In this document: positions 49,928 through 59,964 of the stretch, piece by piece | How positions within the stretch are numbered: position 1 is the first letter of the stretch | How the letters are laid out: the number at the start of each line of letters is the position of its first letter | Origin: Octopus bimaculoides | Lineage: Eukaryota | DNA length: 63,927 nucleotides | Direction: 5' to 3' | Assembly: GCF_001194135.2 (NCBI RefSeq) | Contig: NC_068982.1 | Span: 4,816,031-4,879,957, forward strand | The notes under the pieces: model-generated | Told to the model about the DNA's origin: nothing | The model's database searches: none | Seen by the model: the letters and a program-made list of their open reading frames with translations, nothing else | Made by a program: the position numbers and the translations under genes

Positions 49928-52195
49928 ATTAAAATTAATGCTAACTACAGTATTGAACTCTCTTATTAATATGCATACACAGTATGCAAACCCACAGAAC
50001 AGAATATTGGAATTGGTTTAAAACTAAATACAATAATGGCAAATTTCCAATCTTCAAATATTCTATTAACTCATCTCAAACTTTTATTAATTTGTAAACT
50101 TTGCACATGAGTAGATTTTGCATCAGTCTTTGTCTTTGTTTCTTTATGTAAGTCTGGAAGAGTTGAAACACTGCATAATAATATGTTGCAGCGTATTATC
50201 CCCATGAGACACAGTCGCTAACACATTGCAACGGAGCACACCAACAGAGCAGTTGTCTCTTTACATGGTACACAAGTTTCTTGTGACCCATGCATAGCTT
50301 AAAAATTTACCTTCTTTAGATGCCAAATTTACCTCAGTTCCGTACAACCAGCAACCACACTACAAGAATAGCCCACATTATATATTGTTCATGCTGGTGC
50401 CACATGATAAGCACCCAGAACACTCTGTAAAGTGGTTGGTGTTAGGAAGGGCATCCAGCCATAGAAACCATGCCAATTAGACAAGGGAGCCTGGTGCATC
50501 CCCCCAGCCTTACCAGCACCTGCCAAGCCATCCCACATGTGCCAGCATAGAAAACAGACATTAAATGATGATAGCTAAAATGATGCAGTTGTGACACACT
50601 AACTTTCTAAACAACTACAAAAATGGCCATGCAACTGAGGGACAAAACATTCCCTTAGGAGCTTATTAAAACCTCACAAGACATTACATTCACCAATGTA
50701 ATATATTATCTTATTGATCCATTTACTAGAACTTGAATGAACCATTCCCTTTGGCAGTTTATAGACCATTCTGCTTAAAGTCCACTTGAAGCATTTTCTC
50801 ATTACTCTCCCATCTTAAAACCTCATTCTAAACACTTTTCTCACTCCTTCCCTTAGAAATGCAGCCCTCTGGAATATTCCACTTTTGCCTGTGTTTCTTA
50901 CACAGGCTGAATAAACCAAATCCATCATACTAGTGAGAGAATGCCACTGCTCTCCTTGCTCTCATTAAATAATTCTTTCTACAAACATGGCACAAGGCCT
51001 GAAATTTTGGAGAGGAGAGAGTCAATTACAGCAAATCCCAGTGCTTCCCTGGTACTTTATTTTATCAACTCTGAAAGGACCCATCCTTTCAGAGTCAACA
51101 AAATAAAGTACCAGAAAAGGACAAAGTCGAAATTCAGCAGAATTTGAACTCAAAATGCAAAGACAGGAAATGGTGCTAAGCATTTTGTCTGACACACTAA
51201 CAATTCTGTGCTTTTAAATTCAAGATGATCAACTGGGATAATTATGATTAATTATATCCAGTGAAATATCATTGATTGAATATCATAAAAGGATGTTCAT
51301 TATTTATTCTCTTATTCAGACATTCAAGTAGGAAGCTTGTTGAGAGAAATACCTTCTACATGTTGTAATTCAAGTGACAAATCACAAGCTTTCCCTTGAT
51401 AATTTGTTCTTTGTTTATCTGTTGTCATTTAGCTTGGTTTGCACTGAAAATATGGGTGTATGTGCATTTTATTGTTGCAGAGTTTTAAAAGACAATCAGT
51501 TGCTTTCAAGAGAAACAAAAGCAAATAGAAAAATGTTTTGAGCAATATGTTGTTTGTAGTAGGCACAAAACCTATATCTTTACCACAAGTTCTCTACAGC
51601 AGAAATAACTCAACCACTGACATTTGAATGGAACGAAGATCATTTTGGAGAGATAAATAAAAAATAAATTAGCTAAAATAATTTCTTCCAGATTAGCAAG
51701 ACCAAAGCTATTGAGAAAAAGTCCCTGATGCATTCATTTTTTTCGTACATATAATTTTCAAATGTCAAAACCTACTTTGTATATAAAAATGGCAATGAAG
51801 TTAAGATATTGAACTAGTTGTTCAATGCCGTTAATTTGAAATTTTCACTGTAAGCATCTGTGTGCACGCAAAGTATATTACTCTTCTTGTCAGAATCTAG
51901 TTTATTGACAACAGGTAATATATGCATAATATATAGAATAATGTGTACATTTTCCAAAGAGAAATGCCCAACAAAGCAATATTCATTATGATTTTAGCAG
52001 AGAGAATGATAACAACAAAAAGTATGGAATTAAAATGGTTCAATATCCACAAAAATGTAAACAGTGATATAGATTTGGTTGAAGTTACATAGAATGGAAA
52101 TACCATTTGTCTTTTAAAATTATTCCTTTTCCCAATGATTATAAAATCCAAGAACTGGTTTCACTATAACAAGCTTTGAATGAACAAGTTGGTCA

Positions 52196-52453
52196 GTATT
52201 TCTGTATTTGAAAGATGAGGAATTATGTACATTTTTTACATTTGACGGATATTTGTCCTAATCTTGTTTGTTGTTTACACAACATTTTGACTGATATACC
52301 CTCCAGCTTTCATCTTGGGGGAATTTCGAACTTGGGTTCTCATTCCTAAGGTATTTTTCTGATGTTGTTATCATTATTATTATACATTAGCTGAAACATT
52401 GTGTTAACAACAAACAAGACGAGGACAAATATCCGTCAAATGTAAATAATGTA
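52196..52453. mobile_element. palindromic hammerhead-containing element, copy 4 (deleted)
   Basis: Both arms partly present. 10-bp TSD AAGTTGGTCA (52186-52195 / 52454-52463). Hammerhead cores disrupted. Confidence 0.85.
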
Positions 52454-53532
52454 AAGTTGGTCACTAATCCAATACTTCAAACATACAACCGTTGCCAAAC
52501 AACTCGTGTTCCGATATCAAACTGGCTCATCTGCAGGTTCAGGACACTCGATGGAAAATAGCCATCAAACATGCCAAATCGAAAACAGCAAAGATTCACT
52601 CATTCTCTCTCTCTCTCAACCCCCTCACAAATACAGGTCATGCTTAATATATCTTTTATTTCTTTGTCATTAGATAGTGGCCATGCTGGGGCACCAGCAC
52701 AAAGAATTTTTGGTTGAATGAATTGGCTTCAATACATTTTTTTTAATGCCTAGTATTTATTCTGTTAGTCACTTTTACCAAATTGCTAAGTTACAGGAAT
52801 GTAAACAAACCAACACTGATTGTCAAGCAGTGATGGGAAACACACACACACATGATGGGCTTCTTTCAGTTTCCGTCTACCAAATCCACTTACAAGGCTT
52901 TGGTCAATATGAGGCTATAGTAGAAGACACCTGCCCAAGGTTCCATGCAGTGGAACTGAACCCAGAACCATGTGGCTGGGAAGCAAACTTCTTACTACAC
53001 AGCCAAGCCTGTGCTTGTTTGTGCAGAAATCAAATATTTCTGTGGAGAACTCAGACAAAATATCAAAGTTCTTTGTATGGAAGAAAAATCTTCCCAAAAT
53101 ATCCTCCTCCTCATCAAACATCGTTATCATCATCATAATCATTGTCATCATCATAATCGTTATAACTGTTATTGTCATCATCATCATCATTTAATGTCCA
53201 AGGGTTTGACAGGACCTGTCACCAGAGGGCTGCACCAGGCTGCCTTTGCCTGTTTTGGCATGGTTTTACAGCTGGTTGCTCTTCTGAATGTCAACCACTT
53301 TACAGAGTGGGTGCTTTTTATGTGGTGCTTTTTACATGGCACAAACACCAATGGGTTACCAACTAACTTGCAAGACAAGGACCTCTCAGAGTGGAACTGA
53401 GGGAGGTGGCTTTGGTTGGTTTGAGGCTATAGCAGAAGAAACTTGCCCAAGGTGCCATGCAGTGGAAATGAACCAAGAACAATGTGGTTGGGAAGCAAGC
53501 TTCTTACCACACAACCATACTTTCATATATAT

Positions 53533-53955
53533 TACTCTTTACTCTTTTATTTGTTTCAGTCACTTGACTGTGGCCATCCTGGAGCACCGCCTTTAGTCGA
53601 GCAAATCAACCCTAGAACTTATTCTTTGGAAGCCTAGTACTTATTCTATCGGTCTCTTTTGCCAAACCGCTAAGTTACGGGGACATGAACACACCAGCAT
53701 CGGTTGTCAAGCGATGTTGGGGGGACAACAGAGACACACAAGCATATACACGCACATACATACATATATATATATATATACACATATATACGACTGGCTT
53801 CTTTTCAGTTTCCGTCTACCAAACCCACTCACAAGGCTTTGGTCGGCCCGAGGCTATAGTAGAAGACACTTGCCCAAGGTGCCACGCAGTGGGACCGAAC
53901 CCAGAACCATGTGGTTGGTAAGCAAGCTACTTACCATACAGCCACTCCCGCGCCT
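53533..53955 (-). mobile_element. full-length family B tRNA-SINE
   Basis: Head AGGCGCGGGAGTGGCTGTATGGTAAG...GGTTCGGTCCC, internal microsatellite, tail GGCGGTGCTCCAGGATGGCCACAGTCAAG...TAAAAGAGTAAAAGAG. Confidence 0.85.
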
Positions 53956-54519
53956 ATATATATATATATATAAGTGTAAGACCTTACTGTGGACAAGGCT
54001 GTGTGTCATTCAATTATAAATAAATAAAAAGTACAGGACATCACCAACGAGTGAAGAATACGTAAACGCCTGAGAGATAAGTCCAAGGCAAAATACCAAA
54101 CAAAGTCCAGCCCCTCTTCAGTTGTCAACTGTTTTATTACTCACTATTCCGAGCTTTCAGCAATAAGATAGGAAAACGTCATAAAACAGCAGCATCCAAA
54201 AATTTTAAAGATGGAAAATTTGTGGAGATTTAAAGCTTCAAACAAACAAACAACAACAGAGAGGACATACGGAGTAAACAATTGAAGACAAACATTAAGG
54301 GCGATTAGGCCAAGATGGATTGTAATGGATAATGCCTGGGAGAAATTTTGAAAGGATAAAGAATAAATAGAAGAGAAACAATGTCGAGAGATGAGGGAAA
54401 TGACGTCCAGCTAGTTGGACGTCACATCCAGAAAAGACAGAATATATAGATATATGCAAACATATCCACACACACAAGTGGCAGCTGAATTGATTATTAT
54501 TCGACCCAATGCTATAACA

Positions 54520-54950
54520 GTTGATACAAATATTTGTGAAGCAAGTTTTTCAACTGCACACCCATGCCTCTGCCCATGATGAATTCTCTGAAATGTTTCC
54601 GACTTTGGAAGAACTGTACAGGAACCTAAACGAATTCTTAAGAAGTTGAAAACAACTTTGGATATCGTCTGGTTTAAACAAGGATTTCATGTGTAGTGTT
54701 TTCTAAGATGCTCCCAGATGTATCTTGCTATTTTTTGCTGTTTTAGTTGTTTCAAGAAGTGGAAGATGACCAAAACCTGGATGATTGTGGCCCATCTGAG
54801 AAACGAACCCCAAAAGATGATGTGACTGCTACAGTAAGGTTTGCTAGCATTCTCTGCAGTAATGCTTTTGCAGTAATGCTTTTGCAGTCATGTCTGCAAG
54901 GCACATCTGTCTGCAATACACCATCTGTTCTGGAGTAACAACTCATTACT
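54520..54950 (-). mobile_element. highly degenerate non-LTR reverse transcriptase remnant
   Basis: A mostly open minus frame reads ...RYIWEHLRKH...SETFQRIHHGQRHGCAVEKTCFTNI, resembling the RT motif SE.F.I.RGVRQGC.LSP.LF.I. Confidence 0.45.
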
Positions 54951-56106
54951 CTACCCATCATCTTCTGATGCTTAATTCTCCACCCTCTATTTTTTCTTTC
55001 TCTTTATTTTCTGGGTGAGGTAGTTATGGCTTTTTCTCGATAATTTGGTCTTATATACTTTTGTTTTTTTTCCTTTTCTTTTCTACCCATGAAAAGATGT
55101 AAATAAAAACAAAGCCTAAATATAAAAAAGAAAATAATCAAAATTTATAAAATGAATCAGTTTGCTAAGCCAAAGGGTTAACGTTTCATATATTTTCACT
55201 TACACAAGTTTGTATCTAAGACTAAGCTACCTCTTATCTTTTGTTGGCAAAATGTACTCAGCTTAGTGAACTAATTAGCACCATAAGAATGGAGATTGTT
55301 AGCTTTCGGTGGTAACTACATATTCTTTGGTAAAAGAGCTACACCTATCAATTAAAACAAATCAGATGATTTGATCCTCAAACATTTTTGCATCAATTTT
55401 AGTGGCTTTGGTGGTTAGATAGATAACTGAGAAGACAAGGTACTGCGCTAGCAATTCAGAATTTCCAGGTTTATATATACACCAGGTTTTCAAGAACCTG
55501 TGTCTCAGTTTACAGTTTATTCAAGAGTCTATTATAGATATTAGGAATTATGAGAATGTGACTATGATGGAATGGTATCTTTCTTTGATCCACCTACTTT
55601 AAACTAAAAAATTGGGGCTAAGCTTCAAAGATTTCAAGCTATTTCAAACACTTCAATGATTTGAATTAATTTGCATTTATTCTATGGCATTCATCTCTTT
55701 TAATGTTAAACTTGTTTTGGCCAAAGATTGACCTCAGCCATGTTTAATTTAATAGCACCACCTGATAGGATCTGTCAAGTCATTTTGAAGACAAGTCTTG
55801 TGGTGTCATGGCCCATTCAAATAAGGACTTGTTGTTGACTGAGATGTATTTGGGTATATGCAGCTTGAAAAGAATTCAGACATTATTCGGTAGCAATCAC
55901 AGGCTTAGAAACATAGAATGAAAAGAGCATTCTCTAAAACTTTTTGGGAGACAATGAAAACTCTTTGAACATTCTGGGTTGGACCTAAATTTGCATTCCG
56001 TAAGCAATTTTATTCCCACACATATGGTAACAATGTATTCCTTTAAATTTGTTTTAAACCAAAAACAATTAAAAAAAAAAGAAAGAAACAGGTTTCTTTT
56101 CCTCAC

Positions 56107-56184
56107 CTTATCCATTATTTCAAATATTTTATTTACACGTTTCTCTGGCGTGTTTTCTTCCTCTGGTAATTTTACCATGTTTCC
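56107..56184 (-). CDS. NCS1: NCS-1/frequenin-like coding exon (78 nt; GNMVKLPEEENTPEKRVNKIFEIMDK)
   Basis: ttttgcag acceptor and gtgagg donor, phase 0-0. LPEEENTPEKRV is the hallmark NCS-1 linker between EF3 and EF4. Embedded in supplied ORF 55897..56226. Confidence 0.97.
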
Positions 56185-56449
56185 CTGCAAAATGGATCCA
56201 TAGAATATTAAATGTTCTCTTGTCATTTGAAATTTATTTCAAAGCAATAATATTCAATTTAATCTAAAATAAACAAAAAATTAATCTGCATGATCTTTCA
56301 CTACCAGCTGTTATTGCTGTTGTCAAATTAATTTCTTCTCACAAATTGTGTTTAATTATAATTTTTTATCAGTTAAAACCTTCAATTGTACTCTAAATAT
56401 GCACATTATTTACATTTGACGGATATTTGTCCTCATCTTGTTTGTTTTT

Positions 56450-56495
56450 AACACAACGTTTCGGCTGATATACCCTCCAGCCTTCATCAGGTGTC
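56450..56495 (-). ncRNA. minimal type I hammerhead ribozyme motif, intact core, sense to NCS-1 pre-mRNA
   Basis: GACAC-CUGAUGA-A-GGCUG-GAGGGUAUAU-CAGCC-GAAA-CG-UU-GUGUU. Predicted cleavage between 56455 and 56454. Confidence 0.75.
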
Positions 56496-56782
56496 TTGGG
56501 GAAATTTCCAACCTGGGTTCTCGTTCCTAAGGTATTTTTCGATGTTGTTTTTATTATTATTATTTATTTATCTATTATTATTCAGGTCACTGCCTGGAAT
56601 TGAACTTCGAATCTTGGGGTTAGTAGCCCGTGCTCTTAACCACTATGCCATATGTCTGTTGGCATATGGTGTAGTGGTTAAAGATACCGAGTTCGATTCC
56701 AGGCAGTGACCTGAATAATAAGAATAATAATAATATCGAAAAATACCTTAAGAATGAGAATCCAGGTTCAAAATTTCCTCAA

Positions 56783-56828
56783 GCCACCTGATGAAGGCTG
56801 GAGGGTATACAAGCCGAAATGTTGTGTT
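56783..56828 (+). ncRNA. hammerhead motif, partly decayed (right arm of copy 5)
   Basis: GCCAC-CUGAUGA-A-GGCUG..AAGCC-GAAA-UG-UU-GUGUU. Core kept, but stems I and II each have a mismatch and the stem III palindrome has become AAUGUU. Confidence 0.5.
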
Positions 56829-57875
56829 AACAACAAACAAAATGAGGACAAAAATCTGTCAAATGTAAATAATGTAAAAAATATATATAATTCCTCATTT
56901 CTTAAATACAGAACTGTATTGTCTAAATCTGCAGTTCTTAACATCATCATCATCATCGTTTCATGTCCGTCTTCCATGCTGGTATGAGTTGGACAGTTTG
57001 ACAGGAGCTAAGCAAACCAAAAAGTGCACCAGGTTCCATTGTCTGTTCTGGAATGGTTTCTATGGCTGGATGCCCTTCCTAACGACAACCACTTTACAGG
57101 GTGTACTGGGTGCTTTTTGTGTGTGGCACCAGCACCGGTGCTTTTTATATGGCACCAACACCAGCAGGGTCACAAAGTAATTTGCGAAATGAAGACCTCC
57201 CTGCTGGGAGAGGGAGTGGAAACAAGTGTGGTGGCTTAGTGCCAGGTGAGAGGTTAATGTGTAATAGAAGGGTAACAATAAGTGTCTTATTATAAGGGAA
57301 GATATTTGGTTATTCCAGTAGAAAAAAAGAGAGGAAGGAAAGAGTTAAAGAGAGAGAGAAATAGAGATAGAGAGAGATAGTGGAATAGTGATGGGGGGAG
57401 GGGGTGTAAGTGGTACAGAGAGGATAGAGGTAACATTCTACAAGAGTGTTAGGAGAGATGCTTAGAGATGTATCAAGTGATGGTAATGAGAATTGGAATG
57501 GCTAGAAGTGGGGGAGTGAGAGATAACATATTTGGATGTCTATTACTTTAAAAGTTTGATAATCAATTACTTGGCACAAGGCCGTATAGACACAAATTGG
57601 TAGGAAGGCTGATTAAAGTAAAACTGATAAGATTTTCATTTGCATACAATCCACTCCTATGAGTATAACTATGAGTACTTCACGTACTCCCACGTAGCAT
57701 AAAAATACAGCCTTGAATGGGGTTCCGATAGCAACTTAAAATACATTATCTTGTAATAATTCATTCTTATATTCTACATCTTGATTATTATCTTTTCTGA
57801 CAACTTCAATAAACCAAAATGCAAAATGACAGAGTTTAAAGTGAGCAAGTAAAACATTCAGAAAACATAACATAC

Positions 57876-57964
57876 CACCATCTTGTAGATAGCATCTACA
57901 ATATCTAGAAGTTCCTCCCGCGTTATGAAGCCATCACTGTCAAGATCATAAAGACGGAAAGCCC
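57876..57964 (-). CDS. NCS1: NCS-1/frequenin-like neuronal calcium sensor, internal coding exon (89 nt; (W)[31 protein letters not shown]-hand 3)
   Basis: Minus strand: tttccag acceptor, GG GCT TTC CGT ... ATG GTG, then gtatgt donor. Canonical EF loop [12 protein letters not shown]. Peptide matches the NCS-1 motif WAF.LYDLD.DG.ITR.E.L.IV.AIY.MV. Joins in frame to the next exon. Confidence 0.97.
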
Positions 57965-58153
57965 CTGGAAATATAATAATAGAACTGCTTAATATGACAG
58001 GAATAAGAGTAGAGTGCTATTTAATAAATATACGCAATAAAAATAGCAAGAACATCAATGCTCTCATCAGCATCATCATCATCATCATCATCATCATGCT
58101 CTGAATATTTAAATTCAGTTTATTTACAGATTCATTTTATTTATATATAATTT

Positions 58154-58195
<42 letters not shown>

Positions 58196-58959
58196 GAAAT
58201 AGGTATTTTAAGTTTGGGAACTAAAACTTATTTTATTTTCCTCAGCTATTTTGGTTGGCATCATATGATAAAGAAGCTGGAAGCCATTCTAAGATGCCTT
58301 GCAGCAAGTAACTTTTTTTAACAAACGTAACTTTTCCAGTTATTGGCATATTAATTTTATGGTTCAACATAAATAAAGAGGAAGGAATTTGAGTGATTTT
58401 GTGCTAATGTTCGTGTTTTTATGTGTGTGTGTGTGTGTGTGTGTGTGTGGTCTTATGTTTTTTTAACATCCATTTTATCATTCTTGCTTGGGTCAGACAG
58501 TATTTGTAAAGGCAGATTTTCTAAGGCTGGATGCCCTTTCAGTAACGAACCTTCATCTGCTTCCAAATAAGGTCATATTTCCCCAGGACCAGACATGTTT
58601 TCACAAAAGATTGGAAATGAAGGACACTGCTTGTATGACGGTGATGCTCATTTACAACAATCAGGCAAAAACCAAGCTAAGGAGACAGAAACATATACAC
58701 ACACACATGCATTTTTATATAAATACACACACACATATTATGATGGCCTTCTTTTAGTTTCTATCTACCAAATCTACTCACAAGGCCTGGGTTGGCTGGG
58801 CTCTTTAGTAGAAAACACTCAAGATGCCACACAGTGAGACTGAACTTGGAATTAATCCCACTGGAAGATCTAGATATGTATCTATTCACACACACACACA
58901 CTGCAGTTTTGATCAGACAATCAGACGCAGTTGTACCCTGCTGATCACAATGCACTTCC

Positions 58960-59105
58960 ACTTCTGTCTTGATTGCATCATTCTTTTCTATCTTGAACCA
59001 AATTACTTCAGTAAATCATCTTGCCATTGTCATGGAGGCCTTTCAAGTGAAATTTTCCAATGTTTTGGATACCACTTGGTAACTGTGTAGGTCCACCTGT
59101 TGTTT
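58960..59105 (-). mobile_element. RTE LINE C-terminal remnant
   Basis: RWTYTVTKWYPKHWKISLERPP*QWQDDL matches the RTE motif RWT..V..W.P....R..GRP..RW.D. Confidence 0.6.
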
Positions 59106-59894
59106 GTGAGCCTTATATATATATTCATTATGTCAACTCGTGTATTTTAAAGTTAGAAATGCACACGAGTTGATGTAATTAATATCTTAGAAATAGATGC
59201 TAAATAGTTTCCAACTGAAGATTACAAAGCATGCTTTCTCATGAACAGCAAGAAATCAATTGATATTGGGGTATGTAAACTATCTTCAAATTCCATCCTG
59301 AAGGTAGGCCTATTTTTTTAAATATTCATTACATTGTTCGTGTGTGTATTTATCATANNNNNNNNNNNNNNNNNNNNNNNNNNNNNNNNNNNNNNNNNNN
59401 NNNNNNNNNNNNNNNNNNNNNNNNNNNNNNNNNNNNNNNNNNNNNNNNNNNNNNNNNNNNNNNNNNNNNNNNNNNNNNNNNNNNNNNNNNNNNNNNNNNN
59501 NNNNNNNNNNNNNNNNNNNNNNNNNNNNNNNNNNNNNNNNNNNNNNNNNNNNNNNNNNNNNNNNNNNNNNNNNNNNNNNNNNNNNNNNNNNNNNNNNNNN
59601 NNNNNNNNNNNNNNNNNNNNNNNNNNNNNNNNNNNNNNNNNNNNNNNNNNNNNNNNNNATATATACGTTATGGTGTTTGCTGAAGTTTTTCTAGAGAACA
59701 TTCTTTTCTTTGTGGTTAGATCGTAGGTGATCTATTTCTAGCATAATGGATGTCCGCTTAGTGGTCATCCCTTCTTATACGCATGTAATACAATTTTTCT
59801 GAATTTTCAGATTTTTCTATGTGCTAGGCTACTGGTTTTAAATTGAAGTTAAATTAATATTCAATTTATCACCCTCATTATTTAAATATATATA

Positions 59895-59964
59895 TATGGC
59901 CTCTCTAGCAAGACTTGCAAGTCTTGGGTCTGACAGAAGTGCAAGTCTTGCTGGAGAGGCCATA
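59895..59964. other. 70-nt hairpin, 25-bp stem (1 mismatch), 20-nt loop
   Basis: TATGGCCTCTCTAGCAAGACTTGCA ... TGCAAGTCTTGCTGGAGAGGCCATA. Confidence 0.9.

Larger units (their letters stand above)
56404..56921. mobile_element. palindromic hammerhead-containing element, copy 5 (most complete, 518 bp) inside an NCS-1 intron
   Basis: Two arms head-to-head around CATATGTC-TGTT-GGCATATG at about 56649-56668. tRNA-like heads on both sides. 12-bp TSD TCTAAATATGCA (56392-56403) / TCTAAATCTGCA (56922-56933). Confidence 0.92.

Noticed and set aside
58156-58194. 39-nt poly(T), i.e. poly(A) on the NCS-1 strand, as a transcript end
   Set aside because: It is an intronic homopolymer. At most it is an oligo-dT mispriming site.
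3120-59726. ORFs made mostly of X (3120, 5157, 18138, 34349, 43079, 59318 etc.)
   Set aside because: They span assembly gaps, and N runs contain no stops.
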